Shown here piece by piece: positions 45,744 to 55,288 of a stretch of 64,000 nt of DNA. The stretch is taken from IMG/VR virus record IMGVR_UViG_3300042542_006078. The stretch is one strand, 5' to 3'. A program made the translations under genes and the position numbers. Under the pieces are notes generated by a model, which made no database searches, was not told where the DNA came from, and saw only the letters and a list, made by a program, of their open reading frames with translations. This DNA is from a virus. Taxonomy: Duplodnaviria > Caudoviricetes. Positions within the stretch are counted from its first letter, which is position 1, and every line of letters starts with the position of its first letter.

Positions 45744-46211
45744 ATGTACCCTTATAAGCAACAGGTTTTGGATGAAATCGCAAAGGAAATGAAATCCTTG
45801 GGAGAGGTTCTTGTTCCTTTTAATTATCCCAAAATGCCTGTAGGCATCTGGGAGGATGATTTGGGAATATTCAAAGCAAGACAAGTCACAATCGACGGTT
45901 ACTCTCTTTTTTTGCATTACCAAAAATCGGATTATGACAATTATTTGATTGAAACTTTGCAAATACACAACCTCAAAAGCCCATTCCTTCCTTTTAATTT
46001 GATTTGTAAAATAGGAAGAAGATTCTTGGGAAGCAAAAATCTTTCCCTTATTGAAATTTACAAAGAACACAGGAAAATATACATTTGGTCATTATGTTCA
46101 GATAGGCAAGGAAAATCTATGCCTATTCCAGAACAAAACAACACAGAATCATGTGAATTTGAGGGATTGCAATACACTTATATGCAACCTCAAAATATTG
46201 ATTTTTTCTAA
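45744..46211 (+). CDS. Hypothetical protein
   Basis: 155 aa with GGGAGG RBS. Confidence 0.65.
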   Translation: MYPYKQQVLDEIAKEMKSLGEVLVPFNYPKMPVGIWEDDLGIFKARQVTIDGYSLFLHYQKSDYDNYLIETLQIHNLKSPFLPFNLICKIGRRFLGSKNLSLIEIYKEHRKIYIWSLCSDRQGKSMPIPEQNNTESCEFEGLQYTYMQPQNIDFF

Positions 46212-46312
46212 ACATGTAGTTCGGTTAGAAGATTTTTTCAATCAGTATTTAATCACAATATATACCCTTGTAGCGTCAACTCAGGACGCTTTCCTTTAAC
46301 GAGGGTCTAAAC

Positions 46313-46612
46313 ATGAAAAAGAAAAAAATTCAGTCTCTTATCATAGACCATTTAATGAAACATGGTCAGATTGAAATACTTTTACCAGATGGCGTTAAAT
46401 TGGAAATTGGCACAACACAAGAAAATCAAAAAGGCGAACTTGTTAGAAAAGACGATTACTGCTGGGTTATCACATCAAGGGAAGGAAGATCGACAAGTTT
46501 GGATGCTTACAACATGGGTCTTAGGTTCAACGATGATGAAAAGGTTCTTGTTTTTGAAGACAAGTTCATTGACCAAGAAGGCGATCACATCAGAAGATTT
46601 GATGTTGTTTAA
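46313..46612 (+). CDS. Hypothetical protein
   Basis: 99 aa with GAGGG RBS. Confidence 0.6.
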   Translation: MKKKKIQSLIIDHLMKHGQIEILLPDGVKLEIGTTQENQKGELVRKDDYCWVITSREGRSTSLDAYNMGLRFNDDEKVLVFEDKFIDQEGDHIRRFDVV

Positions 46613-46938
46613 TTAATGTGACCATTAATGTTAATTAATTTAAGTTGACCATGATGATTCAATAAAACCTCCAATGTCCCCTCGGCATAATTATTCTTGG
46701 GGGCTATTGGAGCATTGAACTCAATCCATATAAGAAATCCATTCGGAGAATAGTAAAACCTAGATATGGTTATTCTCACTCCTTTGTTTTTGATTTGTTC
46801 GCCAGATATAATTTCAAGGTGACTGGCATTTTCTTGTACTTGTTTAAGTGCATATGCCATCAACTTTGAACTGTCAATAAAGTGTGTCCAGTTGGCAATG
46901 AGGATTTTTTCCAATTTGTCAGCATCAAAAATGTCCAC
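46609..46938 (-). CDS. Hypothetical protein
   Basis: 109 aa, GTG start behind GGAG. Confidence 0.55.
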   Translation of the reverse strand: MDIFDADKLEKILIANWTHFIDSSKLMAYALKQVQENASHLEIISGEQIKNKGVRITISRFYYSPNGFLIWIEFNAPIAPKNNYAEGTLEVLLNHHGQLKLININGHIN

Positions 46939-46962
46939 ACTATCGCTCCATAGAGGTATGTC

Positions 46963-47217
46963 ATGAAAAAGCCTGAAGTATATCTAAAAGAGTTCTGCCT
47001 TAAACTTTCCGATGACAATCTTCGTTTCCTTCACGGCAGATTAAGCCAAAGACTAGGAGGAGATCTTGCCGAAGCTGTTGATTTTCTAGGCGGTATTCGT
47101 GAGATCGATAAGTGGTTTGCAACAGCTTCGACTTGCAATGACTTCTACGATATGGTAGATCATATCTTCTTCGCAGTGAATAAAGAACATGAGAAGAGAT
47201 CAGGGGTTGCTGCTTGA
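46963..47217 (+). CDS. Small hypothetical protein
   Basis: 84 aa with AGAGG RBS. Confidence 0.6.
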   Translation: MKKPEVYLKEFCLKLSDDNLRFLHGRLSQRLGGDLAEAVDFLGGIREIDKWFATASTCNDFYDMVDHIFFAVNKEHEKRSGVAA

Positions 47218-47435
47218 TTAAGTACGCATTGCATCTAATTCCAATGAGCCTTGCTGGCATTGCTGGCTTGGCTCTTGGTTTTTGCTGGGGAAGATTTCAC
47301 GGCTATCGTGAAGGAGCCGCAGACACCATTATTATGTTCGACAGCTTTGACCGAGAAACAAATAAAAATGATGTTCGACGATTCAAAGAAAACAAAAAAA
47401 TCCTCGATATGTTCGCAGACCAAATTCCATATTGA
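47214..47435 (+). CDS. Small single-TM hypothetical protein
   Basis: Hydrophobic N-terminus; TTGA overlap with the upstream stop. Confidence 0.5.
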   Translation: MIKYALHLIPMSLAGIAGLALGFCWGRFHGYREGAADTIIMFDSFDRETNKNDVRRFKENKKILDMFADQIPY

Positions 47436-47459
47436 AAACCCTGATTAATTTGCTATAAT
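47432..47459 (+). promoter_or_regulatory. Extended -10 sigma70-type promoter
   Basis: TTGAAA-16 nt-TATAAT with the TGn extension (TGCTATAAT). Confidence 0.6.
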
Positions 47460-47481
47460 CAAAAAAAATCAAGAGGTCTTC

Positions 47482-49497
47482 ATGCCACCAATCATCAAAG
47501 TTTCTGATCAAGATGTTTGCGTAGCCACATTAGAATATCCATTCGCTAAATGGAAATTTGAAAAATTCAACCCTGTCCAAAGCAGGGTTATGGAATTTTA
47601 TAACCAAGATTGCAATGCCCTTGTCGCCGCAAGAACGAGTGCTGGTAAAACAGTAGTGGCAGAGCAGTTCCTCGCTCAAGAAATCCGTGAAAGAGGAGGA
47701 AAAGGAATGTTCCTTGCCCCTCTCAGAGCCTTAGCTCGTGAAAAGGTAACAGATTGGACAAACCCAGAATATCACTTCTCTGATCAAAAAATAAGCATAT
47801 GTACAGGCGACTTCAGACTCACCAAAGAAAGAGCAAAAGAACTTAATGAAGCTAATATTATCATCATGACAAGCGAAATGCTTAGTCATAGAAGCCGATG
47901 TCATACATCAGAACAAAGTAATTTTCTTAAAGAAGTAGGCACACTCATCATCGATGAAAGCCATTTGCTCACAGTTAAAGGTCGAGGAGATCATCTTGAG
48001 GTTGGATTGATGAAATTCACACAAATCAATCCCAATTCCAGACTCGTTCTTCTCTCTGCAACAATGCCAAATGTTGAAGAAATATCAGAATGGGTTAGCT
48101 ATAGTCTAAATCAAAAGAACACTTATGTTCTGCGATCTGATTATAGACCAGTACCTTTAACAGTTCACTATGAATCTTATGATGATGATATCAGGGGATA
48201 TGATGCGTTAGAAAGAGAAAAAGTAAATAAAGCTTTGGACATCATTGATTGGTACAAAGATGATAAATTTCTTGTTTTTTCTCACACCAAGAGAACCGGC
48301 GAATTGATGAAGAAGGAATTAAAGTCAGCAGGAATTGATTGTCAATTTCATAATGCTGATCTAGAATCCTCTGAAAGAGCAAAGGTTGAAGATAGATTCA
48401 AGAACGATCCTAAGTTCAGAGTAATTGTTGCAACAAGCACATTGGCTTGGGGCCTAAATATGCCCGCTCGTCGTGTCATCATTCTTGGAGTCCATCGTGG
48501 TGTCGATGAGGTTGAATCTCACGACATCCTTCAAATGATCGGTCGATCAGGAAGATATGGTATTGATCCAATGGGAGATGCCTATATTCTTGTTCCAGAA
48601 AGCAAAGTCAATAATTACAAATCAAAATATAGCAAATCAAATAGAATCGAGTCTCAACTTTTAGAAAATGTAGGCGGAAAGTACAAAACCCTTGCTTTCC
48701 ACTTAGTAAGTGAAATTTCCTTTGGCGGAATTGAAACTACAGATGATGTCAACAAATGGTTCAAAAGGTCTCTTGCTTTTTTCCAAAACAAGGCATTGAG
48801 CGATAATGTCATTGATTCAACATTGGAATTATTGAAAAAATGTGGGGCAATTGTAGAGGAAGATGGCAAGTGGAAAGCCAAAACTATTGGTAAAGTGGCC
48901 AGTATGTTCTACATGAGTCCATTTGATGTGAGCCACTTGTATTTCAACTTTTCTAAATTATTTGATTTGAATAAGCAAGATGATGATCACGCTTTGTCTC
49001 TTGCTATTGGTAACATTGATAGCCAAATGTCAAATATTGTAAATAAATTAGAAAAGGAAGAAATGAGCCTTTACGCTAATAAGGCAAAAATGCAAAATGG
49101 TTTTCTTTTGGACGGAGCAATCAAGGCTGGTTATGCATATTATTGTCTTTTGAGCGGAACCAATTCGCAGGCTTTAGCAAGTTTTCAAAGAGGCATTCAG
49201 CAAGATTTCAATAGATTGAGTCAGGTTTTGATTGCATTGGATAGTATGAGTGGTTCTTGGAATAAGGCTGGATGGTTCAAGACATTGGAAGGGAGAATTG
49301 CTTATGGTGTTCCTGTACATTTAATTGATCTTTGCAAAATTGAAAATATTGGCAAGGTTCGTGCGAACAAGTTGTATGATGCTGGAGTTAAAACTGCCAA
49401 GGATATCGCATCATGCGATCCTCAGAAGTTGTCTAAGATTATCAATATGAAAATCGATGCAGTCAACAAAATGATCAAACAGGCTCAAGGTTTGTAA
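47482..49497 (+). CDS. Ski2/Hel308-like SF2 helicase
   Basis: FNPVQ, ARTSAGKT, PLRALAREK, TGD, DESH, LSATMPN, RPVPL, FHNA.L....R..VE..F, ATSTLAWGLNMPA, QMIGRSGR.G.D, C-terminal HhH (KIENIGKVRA..L). Confidence 0.88.
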   Translation: MPPIIKVSDQDVCVATLEYPFAKWKFEKFNPVQSRVMEFYNQDCNALVAARTSAGKTVVAEQFLAQEIRERGGKGMFLAPLRALAREKVTDWTNPEYHFSDQKISICTGDFRLTKERAKELNEANIIIMTSEMLSHRSRCHTSEQSNFLKEVGTLIIDESHLLTVKGRGDHLEVGLMKFTQINPNSRLVLLSATMPNVEEISEWVSYSLNQKNTYVLRSDYRPVPLTVHYESYDDDIRGYDALEREKVNKALDIIDWYKDDKFLVFSHTKRTGELMKKELKSAGIDCQFHNADLESSERAKVEDRFKNDPKFRVIVATSTLAWGLNMPARRVIILGVHRGVDEVESHDILQMIGRSGRYGIDPMGDAYILVPESKVNNYKSKYSKSNRIESQLLENVGGKYKTLAFHLVSEISFGGIETTDDVNKWFKRSLAFFQNKALSDNVIDSTLELLKKCGAIVEEDGKWKAKTIGKVASMFYMSPFDVSHLYFNFSKLFDLNKQDDDHALSLAIGNIDSQMSNIVNKLEKEEMSLYANKAKMQNGFLLDGAIKAGYAYYCLLSGTNSQALASFQRGIQQDFNRLSQVLIALDSMSGSWNKAGWFKTLEGRIAYGVPVHLIDLCKIENIGKVRANKLYDAGVKTAKDIASCDPQKLSKIINMKIDAVNKMIKQAQGL

Positions 49498-50555
49498 TGC
49501 ACTTTCTTTATTCTTGAAAGGACTTGCTTTTCTAGCATTCTTCTGCGAAAAGCTGGCGGTGTTGGATTGCCACCAGAGCATGCTTTTTTTGCTTGAAAAA
49601 TATCACGCTGACCTGCTAAACCACCATAGCCATAAAAATATCCAAAATATCCACCTGAACAACCACCTTGAGAGCCCATATACATCCAAATAGCGCAATC
49701 TACATCGAAACTACAGTCTGTCGTAAAAGGTAATGTTTGTGCTGGATAAGTATAATCGGCACCAATGCCAAAACTATATGCTGTAAAGCTTGGAATACTT
49801 GTTGGTAAAATGTTATAGTGAAATGCTAAAAAATCACCACCATTTACCGGAATTTCATTATGGCCATAGTAAAATTTTTGGTTGCAATTGGTTTCTGTTT
49901 TGAGTACAACAAAAACAAAAGCTTGTCTACCTGCTCCATCCAGTAAACAATTTTCATCAGGATCAGACGATCTACAATTCCAGCCGCAGTAAGGTATTGT
50001 GGGTTTTCCACACCCTTCTGGCCACGGACCAACACTTGGATCAGTTAAATAACTAGATAAAAATCCAACTTCAGTTAAAGATGCAGGCGGGGCAAAATAC
50101 CCGTACCACCATAAATCTTTACGAGTCCATTCTCCCATTTTTATTTTTACGGTCCCAGAATTAGCTACTACTCCCCCCAAAGAGCAGCAGCATTCCTCAA
50201 AATTAATTTCAACGCTATATATTGATGCTTGATAAAAGCGACAAAAGTAAAAGGGAACGCCGCTAATAAGTGGATTAAAAGGAAAATCATCATTTTCAAG
50301 TGGAGGATTATAATTACTAGTTCCTCCAAGGGCAATTCTACTGAAACATTGATTATTAGCTGGGTTATACGATGGTTCCGTAGGCAAGGTGCAAGGAGTG
50401 CAGCAATTTGTAAATGTATTGTATAAATTGTAATAGTTGCTATAAATATAACTATTGCAAGTTGAATACGGGCAAAAACAACCACCTAGTCCTAAAGTTC
50501 CCGGCTGTAATCCTCCATTGGTAAATGGAGTTCTATAAGGGGGATTACAAGGCAT
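49485..50555 (-). CDS. Cys/Gly/Tyr/Pro-rich hypothetical protein, possibly structural
   Basis: 356 aa with many Cys and CC pairs, low charge, and a basic C-terminal tail. Confidence 0.55.
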   Translation of the reverse strand: MPCNPPYRTPFTNGGLQPGTLGLGGCFCPYSTCNSYIYSNYYNLYNTFTNCCTPCTLPTEPSYNPANNQCFSRIALGGTSNYNPPLENDDFPFNPLISGVPFYFCRFYQASIYSVEINFEECCCSLGGVVANSGTVKIKMGEWTRKDLWWYGYFAPPASLTEVGFLSSYLTDPSVGPWPEGCGKPTIPYCGWNCRSSDPDENCLLDGAGRQAFVFVVLKTETNCNQKFYYGHNEIPVNGGDFLAFHYNILPTSIPSFTAYSFGIGADYTYPAQTLPFTTDCSFDVDCAIWMYMGSQGGCSGGYFGYFYGYGGLAGQRDIFQAKKACSGGNPTPPAFRRRMLEKQVLSRIKKVHYKP

Positions 50556-50825
50556 TTATTTCCTTTCTTGTCCGAAAAATTCGGTTGGGTATTCGACTTT
50601 TACAATTCCATTTCCATCAACTTTATTTCCATTTTCATCTTCTACCCACCATCTAACTTGATTGACGGGTATATTTAGTTCATCGAGATGGCATTTGTCA
50701 CGGGTGAGGACAGGCATGTGATATTCTTGTCCTTCAATTAAGACTGCAACTTTACATTCTTTTTTTTCATTGTTGTAAAGGAGGCAGTTTCCGCAAATTT
50801 TCTCTATTTCTTTTTTCTTGGCCAT
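50556..50825 (-). CDS. Small protein with CxxC motif
   Basis: CGNC..YN....C; GGAG RBS. Confidence 0.6.
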   Translation of the reverse strand: MAKKKEIEKICGNCLLYNNEKKECKVAVLIEGQEYHMPVLTRDKCHLDELNIPVNQVRWWVEDENGNKVDGNGIVKVEYPTEFFGQERK

Positions 50826-50865
50826 CGTGTAAACTCCATTTATAATTTATTATAGGGAGAATGCT

Positions 50866-51513
50866 ATGAAAGTTATTGGATGTACATCGCAACTTGCCAT
50901 GGGAAAAGACACTTTTTGTGACTATCTGGCAATAAAACTCAATCAATATGACATAAAGTGGACTAGGGGAGCATTTGCCAATGCTGTCAAAGAAACATTT
51001 TGCAATGCTTTTGGGGTTGACCGTGATTTTATAGAAAAATGGAAAAGAATTCCAGAAAATCCTCCCGGTTTCCTTATGCCAATTCGTCAATGTCTTCAAT
51101 TTATTGGAGATGGATATCGCAAGATTCGTGATGAAATTTGGATTGAAATTGCTTTAAGGGATAATGGTCAAAACCTCATCATTAGTGATGGAAGATATTT
51201 CAATGAAGCCAAGAGAATAAAGGAAAAAGATGGAATTATGTTTTTGATTTATAGGCCGGGTTATTTGAATAATGATCCTAATCCTAGTGAATCGCAGATA
51301 AGACCTTTGTTGGATTGGGCGAAAAATAATTTGAATGAAGGTCCAATTGACCATCAACAAATCCTAATGCATCATCATGTTTCGACACCTTCAGAATTGA
51401 TGTATTTTGATTATTATTTAGTCAATGATGGTTCTATAGAGGATTTTTATGAAAAGATTCAAGAGAAAGTAGTTCCATATATTTTGCAGACTAAAATGTA
51501 TCAAAAAAAATGA
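50866..51513 (+). CDS. Deoxynucleoside monophosphate kinase (T4 gp1-like)
   Basis: MGKDT, FA..VKE, RQ.LQ.IG...R, IW, ISD.RY.NE, HPSE-like NPSE. Confidence 0.8.
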   Translation: MKVIGCTSQLAMGKDTFCDYLAIKLNQYDIKWTRGAFANAVKETFCNAFGVDRDFIEKWKRIPENPPGFLMPIRQCLQFIGDGYRKIRDEIWIEIALRDNGQNLIISDGRYFNEAKRIKEKDGIMFLIYRPGYLNNDPNPSESQIRPLLDWAKNNLNEGPIDHQQILMHHHVSTPSELMYFDYYLVNDGSIEDFYEKIQEKVVPYILQTKMYQKK

Positions 51514-51983
51514 TTGTATTTGAAGAAAAAGATGATCGTTTTTACATTTCGGCATCAAAAATAGTTGGTGCTGGAAGGGGTGTATTTGCTGCCAGAGATA
51601 TTTTGGCAGGAGAATATATGCCTATTACTGGAGTTTTGGTTGAGAGAGGTTCTGAGTCTGACAGAACAACATGTTTTTTGGATCGTTACAAGTTTGCTTC
51701 TGAAATAAAGGTTGAAAACAACAAGATTGAATTGGGTAATTATTTAATTTGTCCATTGGGATATGGAGCTTTGGTGAATCACACTAACAGCAGAAGGAAG
51801 CAAAATGTTGAGATAAGGTATGTTGATGAGAGTTTGTGTGGAAGCAAGGCTGTTTATTGGTTTATAAGGGATGTTTTCAGGTTTGAGGAGATATTGGGCA
51901 ATTATGGTCCTTGTGGACATAGCCTTGAGAATACCAAAAACAATCCAGTTAAGTTGTTTAGGCCATTTTTGAAAAAAAAATAG
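51510..51983 (+). CDS. SET-domain protein (protein lysine methyltransferase-like)
   Basis: S.I.GAGRGVFA.RDI..GE, LVNH, RD....EEI..NYG. Confidence 0.8.
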   Translation: MIVFEEKDDRFYISASKIVGAGRGVFAARDILAGEYMPITGVLVERGSESDRTTCFLDRYKFASEIKVENNKIELGNYLICPLGYGALVNHTNSRRKQNVEIRYVDESLCGSKAVYWFIRDVFRFEEILGNYGPCGHSLENTKNNPVKLFRPFLKKK

Positions 51984-52132
51984 TTAGAATTTATATCTTG
52001 AGAATTTTTGTACTGTTTCGTAACCATGTTGGCCTTGGATAATTGCTCCTAGTTGTGGATGAGCGCCTTGTAGCCATCTGATGCCAAATTCTCTTTCTTG
52101 GCATTGGTGAACGATATGTTCGTCTAGGATTT

Positions 52133-52804
52133 TTATTGAACTATATTTTTCAATCTTTGTTTGAGCTTTCCCATCCCGACTTCCGTCAATACCATAAATC
52201 CTAATCCTCTCTGCTGGCAATACTGGTTGCATGCTGTCCATTTCGCATTATTCCTTGGCAATGTTGTTTGGTTTGCCGGTTTGATTTCCCAAATTTCGAT
52301 TCTTCCGTCATCGAATGCAACCTTTAGATCAGGGTTGTATTCATGAATGTTTCCTTCAAATGTATATTGGACCTTAAGTGGTTCTACTTCGTATCCAATA
52401 ACTTCTGGCATTGCTTCCAAGCATTCGTAGACATCGCATTCCATTCCTGATCGATAGTGCATTTCCTTGCCTCCGTTTTTGTTGGATATCATGTATCCTT
52501 CACGGAACTTGGGCTTGCGTTTTTTCAGACCTCCGCCCTTGGCTGACTGGTCTTTCCATATAATAGCCTTCATCTGTCCGATTTTCGGCGTAATTTTTTC
52601 ATGCGGATGCTTTGTTTTGTAGTGTGTTCGTACACAACGAACGGGAGCGCCACAACGAGCAAGAGGACATAGAACATAATCTCTGCCTTCTTCGTGAGAT
52701 TCGATAATATGATTTTTATAGTTTTCAAAATCATCATGCCCCACCCCGCACACAAAGCATGTGTAGATTCTTTTCCCGTTATCTTTTGGAAATGGAAGTG
52801 TCAT
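52133..52804 (-). CDS. T4 gp4-like head-completion nuclease (TnsA_N fold) with two N-terminal zinc-finger-like motifs
   Basis: YRSGME, YNPDL, WEIKP, N.AKW.A...YC...G..F..LTE; N-terminal CFVC-x12-H-x4-H and CPLARC-x8-H-x4-H. Confidence 0.75.
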   Translation of the reverse strand: MTLPFPKDNGKRIYTCFVCGVGHDDFENYKNHIIESHEEGRDYVLCPLARCGAPVRCVRTHYKTKHPHEKITPKIGQMKAIIWKDQSAKGGGLKKRKPKFREGYMISNKNGGKEMHYRSGMECDVYECLEAMPEVIGYEVEPLKVQYTFEGNIHEYNPDLKVAFDDGRIEIWEIKPANQTTLPRNNAKWTACNQYCQQRGLGFMVLTEVGMGKLKQRLKNIVQ

Positions 52805-53202
52805 TTTTTCTTTGATTTCTTTTTGGCAAATTTCATGATGTTATCGATTGCATCTTCCCTGCTGCAAACATTGATTTTTGGTAAATCTCTGATGCTGAAT
52901 ACTGATTCTGTTGAGTTTTCAGGATCATCATTGATTATTTTGGCTAAATTAATTGCTGGGAATCTTGCTTCTTGTCTGAATCCGGGCATCATTGGATCAT
53001 CTTCTGTGTCTGTTTTGAGTTTTGCAAAGATGACTCTGCTATCTTCGGGCGCACCAAAGTAGTCATCTCCTTTTTTGAAGAATAGAATTAGTTCATGTTT
53101 ATCAAAGATATTGTTGATTGAGTCAATATTTTCCTTGATTTTAAGTTGGTTATCCCAACGATCAAGCAAATCACGAAAAGATGAAAAACAGGGAGATTGC
53201 AT
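52801..53202 (-). CDS. Hypothetical protein
   Basis: 133 aa with GGAG RBS; ATGA overlap with the downstream gene. Confidence 0.6.
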   Translation of the reverse strand: MQSPCFSSFRDLLDRWDNQLKIKENIDSINNIFDKHELILFFKKGDDYFGAPEDSRVIFAKLKTDTEDDPMMPGFRQEARFPAINLAKIINDDPENSTESVFSIRDLPKINVCSREDAIDNIMKFAKKKSKKK

Positions 53203-53243
53203 TTTTTATTCTCCATATATCATTACAAAACATATATAGGTTT

Positions 53244-53672
53244 ATGGAACACAGTTTAAGTGGATTTAGAAAATTCTTGGAGGAAACAGATTCTCCAGAG
53301 AAAGGCAAGAAGCAAGACTATTGGGATAGTCTTGAGGACGAAGAGGGTATTTCTTTTCCAATGTTGAAGAAATCTTTTACTGTTGAGCCATGGGTTTCTT
53401 CTCATTTTGCTCTTGGCCCACAGGGGAAAGAAACATGGCATAAGTTACAGCCTTGGAAAATTGTTAAGGGATCAATGAGTCCTGCTGGCGCTGACATCAG
53501 GATGGTTAACACAGGTACTGAAAAAACATATCTTCAAGGAAATAGGCCTGATAAAGGTCCAAAAATTAGAAAAAGATATTTTATGAAAAGGCCAGACTTG
53601 CAGAATTTTCAGACAGGTGGATGGCAACCTGCAATTCAAGGTGGAGGCGGTGGCGGTGGCCCACCTATGTGA
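53244..53672 (+). CDS. Hypothetical protein with capsid-targeting-like N-terminus
   Basis: Starts MEHSLSGFRKFLEE; Gly-rich C-terminus. Confidence 0.6.
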   Translation: MEHSLSGFRKFLEETDSPEKGKKQDYWDSLEDEEGISFPMLKKSFTVEPWVSSHFALGPQGKETWHKLQPWKIVKGSMSPAGADIRMVNTGTEKTYLQGNRPDKGPKIRKRYFMKRPDLQNFQTGGWQPAIQGGGGGGGPPM

Positions 53673-53848
53673 TGATGAAAAATTTATCTTTCAGAGAATG
53701 GCTTAAACTTACAGAAGTTGGAACAAGTACAGCTAGTGTGGCAACATTTGCGATGCCTTTATTTGGAGGTCCATTCGCAAGACAATATCCAGAAATAATT
53801 GGCGGCAGAGAAGTTAAGCGCAAAAAGAAAAGCAAAAAACACTTATGA
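53672..53848 (+). CDS. Small protein with capsid-targeting-like N-terminus
   Basis: MMKNLSFREWLKLTE; start overlaps the upstream stop. Confidence 0.6.
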   Translation: MMKNLSFREWLKLTEVGTSTASVATFAMPLFGGPFARQYPEIIGGREVKRKKKSKKHL

Positions 53849-53938
53849 CTTTTGGTGACAAAACAATTAATTAAGAAGCCTTTTAAGCATACATACTATG
53901 GCTGGATGGAATTCAGCTAGTTCCTATCAAGGAGGTAT

Positions 53939-54277
53939 ATGGAATGGTGGTTTTTGCTTTTAGCAGGCATGGTTTATTTTTCTTATGCATATATTGCTTT
54001 TAGTGAACATTTCAATAAAAATAGTTACACTTATTTTTCACTTTGCATGTTAATAGGTGTTTTCTATAATCTTCTTTGGTATTGGTCAACAAGAATAACA
54101 AAAGATAAGGAAGACTTTTTTGTTTTGGTACTAATGTGGGATGTTGTCTATATGGCAGTATTCTACTTTGTACCTGTTTTTTTATTTGATGTTAAGGTGG
54201 ATAAGTGGGGAATCATAGGAATGATTACTATGGTTATTGGCATTCTTATCATGAAAATTGGTCATCATTCTGGTTGA
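53939..54277 (+). CDS. Small 4-TM membrane protein (DMT/EamA-like)
   Basis: Four hydrophobic segments; AGGAGG RBS. Confidence 0.7.
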   Translation: MEWWFLLLAGMVYFSYAYIAFSEHFNKNSYTYFSLCMLIGVFYNLLWYWSTRITKDKEDFFVLVLMWDVVYMAVFYFVPVFLFDVKVDKWGIIGMITMVIGILIMKIGHHSG

Positions 54278-54286
54278 TTTTTTGCA

Positions 54287-54316
54287 TTGAATTTTGATTG
54301 TTTGGTGTGTTATAAT
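54287..54316 (+). promoter_or_regulatory. Sigma70-type promoter for thyX
   Basis: TTGAAT-18 nt-TATAAT. Confidence 0.5.
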
Positions 54317-54358
54317 CACTTGGATTGTGGAACAAAATAATCGCAAGGTGATGAGATC

Positions 54359-55288
54359 ATGCCCGATATTATGGATTCTATAAGCCAGAAATCAATTAAT
54401 TGCCTTGACAAAGGGCATGTCACCTTAGTGGATGTCATGCCTAGAGTCGTTCCTGAAGGAAAGACGGCAGATTATGCCATTGTTCAGGCTGCTAGAGTGA
54501 GTTATGGAGATGGCACTAAAACTGTCAACGAAGATCGTGGTCTGATTCGTTACCTTCTCAGGCATTCTCACACGACTCCTTTAGAGATGATTGAATTTAA
54601 GTTTCATGTAAAGATGCCTATTTTCGTTTGTCGTCAATGGGCAAGGCATCGCATGAGTTCAACGAATGAAATTTCAGCTAGGTATTCAATTCTGAAGGAT
54701 GATTTTTATTTTCCTGCAAGTGGCGATTTGAGAAAACAATCTTCAATAAACAAGCAGGGAGGAGATGGCAGCATTGATGAATCAAGTGCTTCTTCTTCCT
54801 ATTGTATTAAAAAGATAGTTGATGATGCAAACAATAATTATAATTTTTACGAATATATGATTAAATCTGGGGTTGCGAGAGAGCAAGCCAGAATGGTTTT
54901 GCCTCTTAATATTTACACAGAGTTTTATTGGAAGATTGATCTTCACAACTTGTTTCATTTTTTGGCATTGAGAGCAGACAGTCATGCTCAAAAAGAGATT
55001 AGGGTTTACGCTGATGCTATTCTTGTTTTATTGAGGCAGATTGTGCCTATTGCCGTTGAGGCTTGGGAAGATTACCACCACATGCGTGGTGCAATTAAGC
55101 TAACTAGATTAGAAGTCGAGTCTTTGAGAGATTATATTCAGCAATTCCAATCTTTTGCTAAAGCTGAATTCAAGCAGGTCAATAGTGAAAACAAGCGTGA
55201 GCAAGCTGAATGGCTTGATAAGGCTTCTATTTTAGGCATTAATTTACCTTTACCGACACAGCAGGGGCCTGAGGGTCAATCATCTTGA
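54359..55288 (+). CDS. thyX: FAD-dependent thymidylate synthase
   Basis: AARVSYG, LI.YL.RH.H.TP.E, RQW.RHR..S.NE.SARY, E.AR.VLP...YT, LHNL.HF..LR...HAQ.EIR. Confidence 0.95.
   Translation: MPDIMDSISQKSINCLDKGHVTLVDVMPRVVPEGKTADYAIVQAARVSYGDGTKTVNEDRGLIRYLLRHSHTTPLEMIEFKFHVKMPIFVCRQWARHRMSSTNEISARYSILKDDFYFPASGDLRKQSSINKQGGDGSIDESSASSSYCIKKIVDDANNNYNFYEYMIKSGVAREQARMVLPLNIYTEFYWKIDLHNLFHFLALRADSHAQKEIRVYADAILVLLRQIVPIAVEAWEDYHHMRGAIKLTRLEVESLRDYIQQFQSFAKAEFKQVNSENKREQAEWLDKASILGINLPLPTQQGPEGQSS

Noticed and set aside
51984-52241. 85-aa ORF overlapping the gp4-like gene
   Set aside because: It overlaps the upstream gene by ~110 nt on the same strand, with no RBS and no recognisable motif; it cannot be supported.
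52133-52804. Tn7-like transposon (TnsA)
   Set aside because: No TnsB, TnsC or TnsD and no terminal repeats; the motifs match the T4 gp4-type nuclease in a phage context.
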